In this document: piece by piece, positions 1 to 15,054 of the stretch
How positions within the stretch are numbered: position 1 is the stretch's first letter
Layout of the letters: each line of letters begins with the position of its first letter
Source of the DNA: Eledone cirrhosa
Lineage: Eukaryota
Direction: 5' to 3'
Assembly (NCBI GenBank): GCA_964016885.1
Contig: OZ024743.1
Coordinates: 72,912,001 to 72,976,000 of the forward strand
Length of the DNA: 64,000 nt
The notes under the pieces: generated by a model
The model's input: only the letters and a program-made list of their open reading frames with translations
What the model was told of the DNA's origin: nothing
The model's database searches: none
Position numbers and translations under genes: made by a program

Positions 1-150
1 TGATCCAATTTTTCGAAACTTTAATATAGCCCACGTTCATCCATTTATTTCAAGACTTGAAACCGTACAGTAAGGGTAATTACAGCAGGTACAGTTAACA
101 TTTTAAAATTTATTTTAAAACTTTTTCTTATTTGGTAAACCTTAATTACA

Positions 151-955
<805 letters not shown>

Positions 956-1060
956 TATATATATATATATATACAAATTTTAGTACAGCATTAACGAAGC
1001 TTTAGGTTGCGGCCAAGCTAACGAATGCAAATTCAGTAATTAGCTTTAGCACTCGATAGG

Positions 1061-1125
<65 letters not shown>

Positions 1126-1333
1126 ATATTGATTTACGAATGTTTCTATCAATACAGTAAGAAAATACATTCTTCTATATAAATTTCATAAACTCTGAAC
1201 TGTCTTTACCTATCTTACTGTGGACTATAAAATCACATTTGAGCTTTGAATTATTCTTCGCCTAAATATGGTTGTTATCAACTCATCTAAACTATCTTAT
1301 ATGTATTTATCTATCTATCTATCTATCTATCTA

Positions 1334-1411
<78 letters not shown>

Positions 1412-1416
<5 letters not shown>

Positions 1417-2208
1417 AAAAAGAGATGAAATCGAAATGCAACTGGAGTCTTTTTATTTTGTTTCGCAGTTCTTCTGCTTTTCAAAAGGTGAGTTGAGATG
1501 GAGGGTCTGTGGGTTTTTTCACATCTGGTTGGTCTCTGAATGTTACTTGTTTTATATGGAAAAAGTGGCTCGAAATGCCAGGTTTTTCGAGAAGAAATTT
1601 GATTGGTTTGTCAATAATTATAATAAATTTCGCACAAGTTCGCGTTACAATAGTTCTTCAAATAAGAGGGGGGGTTGTCACAGGTTGGTTTTTTCATATA
1701 TGAGTGTTTGAATTTCTTTTTACTTGAAAAAAGGGGGCTCACGAAGGCTTTTTTGGGGTTGGTTCAAAATAAGGGCACAAAAATTTAATGAAAACTTGTT
1801 CACGTGACAGCCATAATTTCATTTATAACCAACCAAAAAAAAGCCTTCGTGAGCCCCCTTTTTTTAAGTAAAAAGAAGTTCAAACACTCATATGTGAAAA
1901 AACAACCTGTGATAACCCCCCCCCCCTTCTTATCTGAAGAACTATTGTAACGCGAACTTGCGCGAAATTTATTATAATTATTGACAAACCAATCAAATTA
2001 CTTCTCGAAAAACCTGGCATTTCGAGCCACTTTTTCCATATAAAACAAGTAACATTCAGAGACCAACAAGATGTGAGAAGAACCACAGACCCTCCATCTC
2101 AACTCACCTTTTGAAAAGCAGAAGAACTGCGAAACCGGTAAAGGAACCAAAATATATATTTAAAAAAAAAAAAAGACTCCAGTTGTATTTTCGATTTCAT
2201 CTCTTTTT

Positions 2209-2213
<5 letters not shown>
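1412..2213. mobile_element. Fold-back element with possible degenerate hammerhead (CUGAAGA at 1934, + strand)
   Basis: ~350-bp inverted arms flanked by (TA)n. A partial copy of the end lies at ~20643-20780. Stem II of the motif is weak. Confidence 0.7.
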
Positions 2214-2244
<31 letters not shown>

Positions 2245-2391
2245 ATACTTGGGGAGGGTCATATTTGCGTAATATTGCCAGAATTAATAACAGAACACAC
2301 TCACTGTTTGGTTGGTTTCCGCTTCTCGCTGTCTTTTATATCTGCGATCTAACTTACTCGGTCCTCAATGTTGCCATTGACTAACCGACGG

Positions 2392-2516
<125 letters not shown>

Positions 2517-2722
2517 AATAAATAGATGGATAGATAGATAAATACATATAAGATAGTTTAGATGAGTTGATAACAACCATATATAGGCGAAGAATAATTC
2601 AAAACTCAAATGTGATTTTATAGTCCACAGTAAGATAGGTAAAGACAGTTCAGAGTTTATGAAATTAATATAGAAGAATGTATTTTCTCACTGTATTGAT
2701 AGAAACATTCGTAAATCAATAT

Positions 2723-2810
<88 letters not shown>

Positions 2811-2895
2811 CCTATCGAGTGCTAAAGCTAATTACTGAATTTGCATTCGTTAGCTTGGCCGCAACCTAAAGCTTCGTTAATGCTGTACTAAAATT

Positions 2896-2949
<54 letters not shown>

Positions 2950-3090
2950 TCTAATCAAGGTTTACCAAATAAGAAATAGTTTTAAAATAAATTTTTTAAT
3001 CTTAACTGTACCTGCTGTAATTACCCTTACCGTACGGTTTCAAGTCTCGAAATAAATGGATAATCGATACGGAAATCCATTGAAAAGGAA

Positions 3091-3153
<63 letters not shown>

Positions 3154-3224
3154 ATATATATATATATGTGTGTGTGTGTCTGTCTGTGTCTTTATGTACA
3201 TATATATGTGAGAGTGTGTGTGTG

Positions 3225-3356
<132 letters not shown>

Positions 3357-3669
3357 GTGTGTGTGTCTTAGCGTGGGGATGGATGGATGTATAACCAATG
3401 TGACTGAGAACGTTATACAACCTGCTATATTTTATCAAATGTCTGTTGGGAGTTACATCTCTTAAAAAAACAGTCTGTAACCCAAAACATACTTCAATCT
3501 ATGAACTCACATATTTACTATAAACTAAGCATCAAAAGTTCAGTTTTCCTATATTCAATCTTTACTCAAGGGCCTAAATAAATCATAATTCATATGAATA
3601 TCTGTTAATACACCAGAGAAGAAAATCTCCCTAGGAAGATGTGTAATAAATCCTGTGTTAAATTGTTAC

Positions 3670-3737
<68 letters not shown>

Positions 3738-3741
<4 letters not shown>

Positions 3742-4693
3742 GGCAGGGGGGAAGAAAAAAATGGCTTCACTTGTGCTTCCAACAAATTTATTTTCCTCAT
3801 TTTAAATAATTTTTTTATAAATTAAGTCGTTGGTTGTTGGTTAGGTCTTAGGAGTTCTTGGTTAACTTAGGAGGTATTGTTTCGTTTTTAGAAAGACCTT
3901 TCAGGCTGAGGTGCGCTTGTCAAACTGATGTGTATGTGGTGTGTTGTTCTATATATAGGGATTTAAAATGTGTGTGGTGCGGTGGGGGTTTTTTGGGGGT
4001 TTTTTTCCTCCCCCTTTAATAAGTGTAGGGGTGTAGGTGTGTTGAAAAAATGTTAATAGCAGTAATGAGTTGAGACAGTGAGTAGGGTTGGGTGGGGAGA
4101 AATGTAGCAAGCGCGGCTTGTCCCGGTCATTCTCGAAAAATTCCTTTATTCAGGGGAAAAAGCTTTTAGTATTCCTTTGCATCGAAAGTGGTCATAGGCA
4201 AACCGCACCTGCCAAGCTTGTAAACAATTATTTCTTTCTGAAGAATTTTTCTACGTCCATCCCAAAATTAGTCCTTTGTTCAACACACACATATGTGCGT
4301 ATATACATACATACACACACGGGCATATGTAGGAATATATAGGCACACAGCATCAATCACACCCCCATGTACATATACATCCACATACATACATAAAAAC
4401 ATATAAAGACACATATAAAAACACATATACACATTCGTACACACACGAATATGTACTCATACCTCCACATGGGTATATATATATATATACATACATATAT
4501 ATATATATACACACATAAAGATACATAACTAAATATACATATATACACATACACACACACATACACACGTGTACATACACACACACACACACACATATAC
4601 ATATGTCCGTATATATACATCCGTTTACACATACATGCATACACACACACACATACACATATATATATATATATAGAGGCATAAGCACACACA

Positions 4694-4731
<38 letters not shown>

Positions 4732-4778
4732 AACAAGTACAGACACATACACACATATACATATATATACACATATAT

Positions 4779-4841
<63 letters not shown>

Positions 4842-5045
4842 CATACATACACATACACATATATATATATATACACACACAAACACATAAAGACACATAT
4901 ATACATATATATATATATGTACATCTACATACATATATATACACATACAGAAACATACATATACGTACACACATATATACATATATGCACATACATACAC
5001 ACACACACATATAGATACATACATATACATACACATATAAACATA

Positions 5046-5091
<46 letters not shown>

Positions 5092-5720
5092 CAAATATAC
5101 ACATACATACATATACATATATATATATATACATACACATATATATATATATATACACACACACATACATACATACACACATCCATACATATATATATAC
5201 ACCCACATACACACACCCACATACATATATACCCACACGTACATACATCCATACATACCTAAACACATATATGTGTGTGTCTCACCGTTCACTCAGATAT
5301 TCATGTGTACACATAAGAAGAGGGGGGGGGGTAGTGAAATGGAAGTTTACCTCCGAGTGTTAATTCAAAAAAAAAAAAAAAAAAAAAAAACCATCGCACC
5401 ACAAACATGTTAAATCCCTATATATAGAACAACACACCACATACACATCAGCTTGACAAGCGAACCTCAGCGTGAAAGGTCTTCTTTCTAAAAACGAAAC
5501 AATACCTCCTACGTTAACCAAGAACTCCTAAGAACTAACCAACAATCAACGACTTAATTTATAAAAAAAAATGTTATTTTTTTATTTTTTCTAATCCGGC
5601 AAAAAAATTATTTTTGTATTTTGTGAAGAAAATAAATTTGTTGAAAGCACAAGTGAAGCCATTTTTTTCTTCCCCCCTGTCTTAATATACCTAACTGTAC
5701 CAAGGATTACACATTTTCCA
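3738..5720. mobile_element. Inverted pair of one element (3738-3985 / ~5395-5686) separated by a ~1 kb TA/CA low-complexity tract
   Basis: Reverse-complement match, e.g. GAAAGACCTTTCAGGCTGAGG vs CCTCAGCGTGAAAGGTCTT. Both outer ends abut (TA)n. Confidence 0.75.
4283..5280. repeat. Degenerate (TA)n/(CA)n microsatellite
   Basis: Direct reading; source of the YI/HT/CV pseudo-ORFs. Confidence 0.95.
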
Positions 5721-5752
<32 letters not shown>

Positions 5753-6018
5753 TCTACGTATATGTGCTTGAGCGTGTGTGTGTATATGTGTGGGTGTGTT
5801 AATATGCCTATACGTATGTAATGCGTGACAGTGAGGGAGAGGGAAAGGGAGAGAGAGAAATTAGGTAGAATCGATGTCAATATTGCAGTATAGGTACAAA
5901 CATTATTGGCATTACAGTTTGTACATATGCTGCAACACTGACTTCAATTATATATACTCTATATACATAGAACTCATAACATAGTTCTTATGTAGATATG
6001 TCATTATCATTATATGTA

Positions 6019-6210
6019 AGGGTGGTGGATTGGCAGTATCGGTAGAGGGTTGGACGCCATGCTTTGACGCATGGAATTACGGCCCTTGCCTTTCAGAGTT
6101 CAAATCCCGCCGAGGTTAACTTTGCCTTTCATCCTTACGGGGTAGATAAAATAAAGTACAAGTAATGTACTGGTTAATTGCTGGCCTTGTGCCAAAAGTA
6201 GAAACAATTA
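6019..6210 (+). mobile_element. SINE (octopod-type family)
   Basis: Core GAGTTCAAATCCCGCCGAGGTTAACTTTGCCTTTCATCC with a tRNA B-box-like GTTCAAATCC; shared with at least 7 other copies in the window. Confidence 0.85.
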
Positions 6211-6631
6211 TCCTTATATGTATATATATCATTATCTGTAAACCAATTATTGTATTTTATCTAACGATAGCGTACCAAAATGCTTGTACCCTTGAAATAT
6301 ATATAAGAAAATAAATATGTTTTCATAACTATAGTTTCCTTTTATTAATATTATTGATATATATACATGTATATATATAGGCTTAAAAATAAGGATAAGA
6401 AGAAAGCAAGAACGCGTGGCGGAGGAGTTTTACACATCAGTTGTCTGCTGGGGGTCTGGGATAGTTCAACGCATTAAAGACAATATATTTACCTCCAGTG
6501 CGTTCAATAACTGGGTAAGTTGTTGGGAAAACGGAGGAGCGAGGGAAGGAAAATATAGGATAACAGAAGGGATAAGGGAAGAGAAAAGAGAAAAACAGCG
6601 GAAAAAAAAAGAAAAAGACGGGAAACAACAA

Positions 6632-6675
<44 letters not shown>

Positions 6676-6799
6676 CTGTTTCATTTGTGATGAAACAGTT
6701 CTAGTCCTGTAGAAGTTTTTCTATATTAAATCATTTATACTCTGGTATGTATTGAGTACCTTACTTACTGTGGTCACCCCCGATTGAAACCGCAGTAAC

Positions 6800-6845
<46 letters not shown>

Positions 6846-6949
6846 CAGTATATAGAGAAAAATACACAAAGAGGTATGTGTTCTATTATATGGGGTAGAA
6901 TGCCACCAGAGTCAAAACCATATTGTCTGCGAAAGGAATGGAGAATACA

Positions 6950-7662
6950 TCTATATATATAAAAGCGAGGATGTGTGTGTGTGTCTGTGTAGACATTTGG
7001 ACACCTAAGACTTTTACAATTCCCAACCGAATTTGACGAAATTTTCTGTGCACGTTGCAAATCGACCCACATTAAGCAATAAAAAATCAATAACAAAATT
7101 ATCGATAGCAAAATTTTTTCTTCTAAAGAGCGTGATGTAAGGGAGATAACAATGAAGACAAAATCCTTATGGGATTTTCCATGCAAATTAAAAGTTATTT
7201 TACATTTTTCGAGCTTTTTTTACCAAATATGAGACAGGCATTGCCTATGCTGTCGAGGTAATACAAGAAGATTATTTTTTCTAAAGTGTATGCTGTAAGG
7301 GAGAAATGAATCTAAAAACAATCCTTATGGGACTTTCCATTCAAACCGTTGGGACCTACAACTTTTACATTTTTAAAATAATTTCGTCCACATTTGAGGC
7401 AGGCATTATCTATGCTTCCAGGATATTGTGAATTTATTAAAAAAAACTATTATTACAATGAAGAAATCAGTTAAAACAAAATGTTCCTTCATTATCAGCA
7501 TAGTTTTATGTGTACAAAGATTGAACTAAATATTCGTTTGCATTAATTATTGAAGACTTCTGTTCATTTTGACAAGTTGGAGACAAATAATTTTCTTTTA
7601 CTTCCTAGCTGTATATTCTTAGCATAATTTCAAAACCCGGGCAACGCCGGGTAAATCTCTAG
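6950..7662 (+). mobile_element. Non-autonomous Helitron
   Basis: A|TC 5' end, 3' hairpin ACCCGGGCAACGCCGGGT (7635-7652), then CTAG|T. Confidence 0.75.
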
Positions 7663-7895
7663 TATCAATTAAAAGAATAAATGAAAATGTACAGACCATT
7701 CGTTTATAACTATATGTCCTGGATATGCTGTAATCATATTTAACCGAAAATAAAATGTAGAACTTTACCGTTAATGGCTTATCAACAGGAAGATCAGCAA
7801 TACAACACTTCTTAATGTGAGTCTTTAACTCCGCTTTTATTTTATTTTGATATATATGTGTATGTATATATATATATATAAATATATATATACAA

Positions 7896-8071
<176 letters not shown>

Positions 8072-8232
8072 ACTGGAAGGTAATAGCCGTAGTGGAAGAG
8101 CACTCAGACATGGGACGAGCTTGGTAGAAGAAGTAGTAACACAACAGTTAGTTCACCATACCGAGAAAAATTGTTTCACCTTATGCGCATCTTGAGCTCT
8201 AACTGTTGTATTACTGCTTATATATATATGTA

Positions 8233-8424
8233 ACGAGGGAATTGTGGTAAGGAACCAGGTGGACCATAACGCACCAGAGTATTCAATACTTAGGGTAGTA
8301 GAGTGGGTGATAGGAAAATGTATGACCCCGACGGCAGAGCTCAAGCCGTTTCCACGGCTATTCAGTCCTGAAATAGCCGTCGAAACTACTTGAGCTCTGC
8401 CGTCGGCGTCATACTTTTTCCTAT
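8233..8424 (-). mobile_element. Hairpin family A copy (3' half of a hammerhead plus tail)
   Basis: Asymmetric inverted repeat in (TA)n; same family at 19421, 21598, 24484, 51170 and 59477. Confidence 0.8.
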
Positions 8425-8677
8425 ATATATATTAGTAAAAAGGAAAAGAAAATGCTGACAAATTTTTCCCAGTGAAAAATAGTTTGATTAGGAATAATTA
8501 TAAATTGAGGGTCGGACGCCATGCTTTCCAGCATAGTTACGTCCCTTTACGATCTGAGTTCAAATCCCGCCGAGGTTGACTTTGCCTTTCATCAGTTTTA
8601 GTTTTAAGTTTTTACCGGTTGCGCATTTTTAATGCTTTTCAAAAATAATTTTGAGACAGAGCGCTCGTGATTGTTGC

Positions 8678-8761
<84 letters not shown>

Positions 8762-8784
8762 TGGCGAGGTTTTTGATATGAAAT

Positions 8785-9212
8785 AGTGTGTCGAAACAAA
8801 TATTGTTATACTTTGGGAGGGTCATATTTGTGTAATATTGCCATAATTAATAACAGAACACACTCACTGTTTGGTTGGTTTTCGCTTTTCGCTTCTGTGT
8901 CTTTTATATCGGTAATCTAATTTATTCGGTCCTCAATGTTGCCATTGACTGACCAACGGTCAAAAATAATACAGATACAATATAGACACAAACACATATA
9001 TATAGTTTATAATATATGTGTTTGTGTCTATATTGTATCTGTATTATTTTTGACCGTTGGTCAGTCAATGGCAACATTGAGGACCGAATAAATAAGATTA
9101 CCGATATAAAAGACACAGAAGCGAAAAGCGAAAACCAACCAAACAGTGAGTGTGTTCTGTTATTAATTATGGCAATATTACACAAATATGACCCTCCCCA
9201 AATATAACAATA
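8785..9212. mobile_element. Fold-back element (family also at 2240-2395, ~44980-45110, ~47575-47625)
   Basis: ~8800-8995 is inverted at ~9015-9212 and flanked by (TA)n. Confidence 0.75.
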
Positions 9213-9214
9213 TT

Positions 9215-9356
<142 letters not shown>

Positions 9357-9359
9357 CTC

Positions 9360-9760
9360 TTCTCCACGCACTTATTCCTGAGGGGATTGTGGGGGCAGAG
9401 TCATCAAACACTATTTCCAGCGGATCCTGTCGGAAGCAATCGTCTCCAACTTATCCAGAAGGATCGCCAAGCAAGACCAACCAAGCTCATGGATGCTAGC
9501 CAACTGTCTCGCACGATCTCTGCCCCCGGGTCTCCTGTCGGTTGTTTTGCTAGTAAAATCTGTCCAGTGATTCTTTTCTGAGACGATCTCAACACATGCC
9601 CGTAGTATGGGAGCTGTGATCTCTCAATTCGGTGAAATAGCAGCTCTACCTGGAGTGACTTTCTGTTCTCCAAGCTACACACTCTATCGTGTAACGTTAT
9701 TCTAAAGACCCTTCGGAGGAACCCAACTTCGACCGCTTGCATTAGCGATCGTATACAGAC
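9360..9760 (-). pseudogene. RTE-clade LINE 3' fragment
   Basis: ORF 9404-9766 has AVEVGFLRRV..ITLHDRV...IERSQL.YYGHVLR, typical of the RTE ORF C-terminus. Confidence 0.75.
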
Positions 9761-9811
9761 GGACATATATCATAATATAATCACAATTTAATCGAAAGGC
9801 AGACATTATTA

Positions 9812-10000
9812 TTGTGGATTGGCAGTATCGGTAGAGGGTCGGACGCCATGCTTTCCAGCATAGTTACGTCCCTTTACGATCTGAGTTCAAATCCCGCCGA
9901 GGTTGACTTTGCCTTTCATCCTTACGGGGTCGATAAAATAAAGTACCAGTAATGCACTGGGTATTTGCTGGCCTTGTGCCTAAAGTAGAAACAATTATTA
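9812..10000 (+). mobile_element. SINE copy
   Basis: Near-identical to 6019-6210; a partial copy lies at 8507-8593. Confidence 0.85.
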
Positions 10001-10141
10001 TATTTGAAATGAATACGTTTAAATATATCCAACGGAAGCCCGGGAAAATATTCTAAAATGTTTACATGTAAGAATATTTACATTGTAATATAGGCGAGAA
10101 TTACATGTTAAGATGTTAGTATTCTCTGTATTGTGAAACTA

Positions 10142-10492
10142 TCTTCTTCTTCTTCTTCTTCTTCTTCTTCTTCTTCTTCTTCTTCTTCTTCTTCTTCTTC
10201 TTCTTCTTCTTCTTCTCCTCCTCCTCCTCATCCTCCTCCTCCTCCTATTCTTCTTCTTCTGCTTCTTCTTCTGCTTCTTCTTCTCATTCTCCTCCTCATC
10301 CTCCTCCTACTCCTATTCTTCTTCTTCTTCTTCTTTTTCTTCTTCTTCTGCTTCTTCTTCTCCTCCCCCTCCTCTTCTTCCTCTTCTTCCTTCTCCTCAC
10401 CCTCCTCCACCTTCTTCTTCTTCTTCTTCTTCTTCTTCTTCTTCTTCTTCTTCTTCTTCTTCTTCTTCTTCTTCTTCTTCTTCTTCTTCTTC
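10142..10492. repeat. (TCT)n/(CCT)n microsatellite
   Basis: Direct reading. Confidence 0.95.
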
Positions 10493-10799
10493 GTAGTGGA
10501 AGAATCCTCAAACACCCTTTCCAACAGGTTCGACAATGATTCTTAAGTCAACTGTTTACATCATCTTATTGCTAGAAGCCAACAAATCTAAAATGATGGA
10601 TTTAGTGCCCAAGGATTCTTTAGAGTAGTGGTTGTCACACTTACTCGACATACGAGAGGGTGTGGTTCAATTTCTTTCCTCAAACACTTCTTCTAGTCAG
10701 TCCAACACACCCAGATCAAGCTGAAGATTTGCCTTAGATGGAGGAGCCTGTTCGAAAAAGAAAATGATTTCTAGTTGTCGTACACAATACATAGATATG

Positions 10800-12165
10800 T
10801 TTCTTTATTAGCCACAGGGGCACAAAAGAAGGGGACAAATACAATGGGGGAAGTTTACATACAATAAAAGCAACTTACAAAACAATCGATTTTCCCCAAT
10901 AGGGGGAGACATTACATATGGGTAACACATACCCCCGAACAAATGTGCAGCACTCATCTCCAGGAGTACGAAGAGTGAGTACCCCTTAAAGGGTACTCAC
11001 TCTTCCTCTTTTTCCTCAACCTACAGGCTGATATAGAGAGAAGGCCCATTCCCTCGGGCCATTCTCGCCACTTTCACCCATCTTTCATAAAACTTGCTGG
11101 TGTACAACTCCTCTCTCTCCATCCTGATTCTTCTTCCAAAGTGGTATTTGTAAAAAAGAATCAGTTGTTGGCCGGAGAGAAAGGTGTCTGCCCTCAGCCC
11201 TTTTAACCTCGTCCACCAAACAACCTATTTCGCCATAGCTATCACACAGAGGAAAACCGCGTCTCCTTCGTTTTTGAAGGAGAGTGGCGCTTTGATCATG
11301 ACGATGGATTCGGTGGTCAATCAGATTGGTCCCACCCGCGACAATAGTCGTTCTACATAGCCCCACAGGGCAATAACGCCCGGGCAGTGTACGAATGAGT
11401 GCGCGACGGTTTCTTCGTCTCGCACGCATCTCTGACACATCTTATTCGAATGGGCCTGCCCTGGTGCCCGTGTCTGTAGAGCTAGTCTCGAACTGGCAGA
11501 GCTCTTCGGTAGCACTGCCAGGGACTTTTGGAAGTTGTCCATCGGTCCCGGGCGGAAGGTCCTACCGAACAGACTGGCCAGTTCGTCTTCCTCTATAGAT
11601 CGCCGGGTCCGCCTGCAAGAGGGTTGTGTGCGCCTGAGCACATTCGATGTGCCAGTCGCCCATTTTCCTTGGTGTTTTCTTGACCCAGGACTGCAGCTCG
11701 GTTAGCGAGACGAGTCGTGGGAAGGCTCGCCTCACGAAAGGGGCCCACACCGGTTGTCAGGGAAGGTGCCGCAGCCTGAGAGCGTGTTTGCGCATCGTCA
11801 GCCGTGGCATTCCCCGCCCTCCGTTGGAAAGGTGTTGGCAGCAGATGGATCTTCTCACCAAAAGGAGCCCGTTTCTTCCAATGGAATTGGAAGAGCGCGC
11901 GCTCCATTTTGGTGAGCGTTTTGGCGGGACAAAGCACGGCAGTCAAGCGGTCATAGATGACGGACGCTTTAAAAGTGTTCGCCACCTCCGCTCGACATTT
12001 CAAGGATAGTTGTCACACGGTCCACTTCAGGGTGAGCGCAAACACCTTGACCGTGACCTCGTTCCAGTTCTTCTCCACCTGGAGGTCCGGACCAAACCAG
12101 ACCCCGAGCAGCTTCACCGGCTCTTCCGTCCAGCGTCCGACGACGCCATCGGAAAGCATCGGTTT
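10800..12165 (-). mobile_element. 5'-truncated, decayed Tx1/L1-clade LINE
   Basis: Frameshifted ORF2 C-terminus (KLLGVWFG, DNFQKSLA, C..C...EETVAH.FVHCP zinc finger), homologous to 34120-35623, with an AATAAA 3' end. Confidence 0.85.
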
Positions 12166-12652
12166 GATAGATGGTTGAAATGATTAAAAATGGAAACGTG
12201 CAAACATGACAAAAACGTAGTGAAATATTAAAGTTAAATGGGTGTACATAAAAACACAGTTTCTTTCCTGTTTATTGCAGCTCGCAGAATTCACAGTTCT
12301 ATATACGACACACTTACACTCAACAAACTGCATTAAAAATAATTAGTTTAAAGCCTGAAATATCTAATAAAATAAATATTGTATGATATGGAATTATGAA
12401 AATTCAGCGTAATTCTTTGACGTTCTTGTGTGTGAGAGTTTGAGCACGTGTTTGTATGAGTGTGTGCGTGACTGTGTGTATATGAGTGTGTATGTGAGTG
12501 TGTATCTGTGTGTGAGGGTGTGTGTGTACATGTGGGTATGTTTGTAAAGAAACAGCTTACAAAATCATAAACACGCAAATACATATACACTGATACAAAC
12601 ACAGACATACGCAGACACATATAGACACACACAAATATGTATATATACATAC

Positions 12653-12712
<60 letters not shown>

Positions 12713-12734
12713 TTATATATATATATATATATAG

Positions 12735-12772
<38 letters not shown>

Positions 12773-12967
12773 ATTGTTATATATATAAGTATTTATAAAT
12801 ATATGCATATGTGTGCGTGTGTGTGTGTGTATCCTGGGTTCAGTCGGAGGTAACCACAGCAAGTAAGGTACTCAATACAAAGCAGAGTTTAAATATATAA
12901 TACAGAAATGGCTTCTATAAGAATAGAACTGTTTCATTCGAAGGAAATCATCGAGAAAGCTCCGGAC

Positions 12968-13014
12968 TTTCCTGATGATTTCCTTCGAATGAAACAGTTT
13001 TTGTCTTGTAGAAG
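12968..13014 (+). ncRNA. Minimal type I hammerhead motif within a small hairpin element (~12895-13035)
   Basis: UUUC-CUGAUGA-UUUCCUUCGAAU-GAAA-CAG...UUG-UA/GAAG. A related half-motif lies at 6690-6715. Confidence 0.6.
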
Positions 13015-13348
13015 CCATATATGAAAATACATAACTATATGTATGTATATATGCGTATATGTACATCCTAAACAGACGGTAGTCCGTTTAGTAATATTGT
13101 TGTGGTCGTGTTTTCGTTGGCAATCGTCTGTTTACGACAGTACAGCGCGGCTCTACTTTATTTAACTGAGATAAAACTTATATGAGCATGAACAATAGAT
13201 CATTACGCATCTTTTGGCTTAAAAATCTAGAAATTTGGTCCAGCGGGAAAAAGTTTATAATCAAAGTTTGCTGATAAATCTTGTGTTCAAGTCAGTGAGT
13301 AGTAAGCGTGACGCTAGGGGAGGTAATTACTAGTCTCTCTCTCTCTAC

Positions 13349-13473
13349 GGGGTCATCCAGAAATGACGAATTTTTTTCGGCGGAACTCTTGTGATTGTGA
13401 ATACATTAGTCAAATGTAGTCAAATCGCCGAATCCCCTCCTCCTAATTGACTACGTCATTTCTGAATGGCCCT
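13349..13473. mobile_element. MITE with 20-bp TIRs (PIF/Harbinger-like end sequence)
   Basis: GGGGTCATCCAGAAATGACG / CGTCATTTCTGAATGGCCCT match at 17 of 20 positions. Confidence 0.65.
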
Positions 13474-13914
13474 ACTTGCGTCAGTGTGAAACATTACTTC
13501 ACTTTTCACTGCTAAAATGCTTTTTAAATACTTCGTTAAAAATTTATGTTTATTATCAAAGCTATTTTTTGTACCAATCTATCAATAGTTTGCGAAAATA
13601 TAGGTAAACATGTAAGTTAAATTTTTTTTAATCGCATCGATCGCTTTGTCGCACCGACTGTGACACTGTCTGACTGTCTGTCTGACTGACACCTTTGTCG
13701 GACCGACACCTTTGTTCAAGCGGACAACTTTGTGTCACTGACCCCTTTGTTCGTGCCGGAATCTCTGCGAAACACCGATGACAACAACCAGACCAAAATT
13801 TCACTTCATTCTTCATTCTTCTTCAAGACCGATCGCCGACCGATTCGTATCGGTTGCTCTTCATATACCAGGTATTCAACAGATAGTTTGCACTTCTAGT
13901 ATTATTAACAGTTG

Positions 13915-14035
13915 TGCGATTTTTTGTACCGATAGGTGCGAATGGTGCGCTATATTTTTGTACCGATAGGTGCGAATAGTGCGCTATATTTTTGTACCGA
14001 TAGGTGCGAATAGTGCGATAGGTGCGAATAGTGTA
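13915..14035. repeat. ~33-bp minisatellite (TTTTTGTACCGATAGGTGCGAAT..), ~3 copies plus a partial
   Basis: Direct reading. Confidence 0.85.
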
Positions 14036-14080
14036 CAATATTTTCTGAGATTTGCATCCACTACTTTCGCTTAATTAAAA

Positions 14081-14874
14081 ATGATGTTTCGCGGCTTTTT
14101 GATCGGCTTATTCATTTTTTCCATGGCACGGAAATGGAGTATTTCCAATTCGAATCAAAACTTTTCACTAAAATCGGGCAATTGGACTGATCAAATTCAC
14201 ATTCATGCCAGTTTTTACAAATCTATAATTAGAAATGTGGCGAAATCGAATGGCCAGAAGGTATAAAAATATTAATTCAAATGTATTTACTTATCATACC
14301 AACAAAAATACTTAGATATTTTGTATACCTGGGGCCCGTCAGGACCAGGTAATGTTAATCGGCAACATTGTTATCTGTTGTCCTTTTGTGAAATATTGGT
14401 GGTTCATATCGGCTCTAATGATCTGAATCCTCGTCGCACCGTTGGCACTACAAAGCTGTGCAAAGTAATACAATAATTATTGTCCAAGTATTTTTATTAA
14501 TAATTTATTTGTAAATTAAGGACAAAGTGCCCATTCGAGGCACAAAACCGGAAAAACAGGGGAAGAGTCTCTTTGCAAGGCTACAGAAAATAGCGGAAAA
14601 GCACCACTGTACACCCATTTTCTACAGTGGTGTCATTCCACGTCCACAAAGTGTAATTGAAAATAAAAATGACTTGGGCAAGAGAAGTTCTCGTTTGGAA
14701 AAGTGTAATTACTGCATGAAAGAAAGGATTCAAAAATTAAACTTGCCCAATCTTCACAACATTGAAAATTGTTCAAAATTTGACAAATCTGACTTCAAAC
14801 CAGATATGATTCATTTGAACAATGTTGGAAATCTTAAATTGACACAAATTTTTGCCAATGTTTTTGCCACCTGA
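14081..14874 (+). pseudogene. SGNH/GDSL-hydrolase (esterase)-like gene with two mini-introns and one apparent frameshift
   Basis: Blocks occur in order: SIIRNV, CIPGAR, VVHIGSND, SGVIPR, DMIHLNNVG. Phase-0 GT-AG introns at 14261-14315 and 14465-14520 join the frames. There is a 1-nt shift near 14349. Confidence 0.7.
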
Positions 14875-15054
14875 TCCTTGTTCTATGGCTGACTGATTAA
14901 TTTTGTGACTTAATAAAATGTCATCATACTAGTAATGCACAATGGTCATTTTTAAATTTAAATTTTATTAAATAGTTGTTGCTTGCATTGCTTTAAAATA
15001 GTAACAAAAATGTACACATACTTTTTAAAAATACATCATTATCAGTCAAATCAG

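Noticed and set aside
1509-2086. Two near-identical ORFs on opposite strands as a gene pair
   Set aside because: They result from the inverted repeat and show no domain.
3020-3090. GAAA-CCGUACGG-UA half motif (also 59-72)
   Set aside because: Suggestive palindromic stem III, but no CUGANGA is visible upstream in either copy.
3870-3915. Hammerhead in the 3738/5400 inverted pair
   Set aside because: The core reads CUGAAAG and stems I and III are not supported.
6019-6210. tRNA gene suggested by GTTCAAATCC
   Set aside because: No cloverleaf; it is the B-box-like part of a dispersed SINE.
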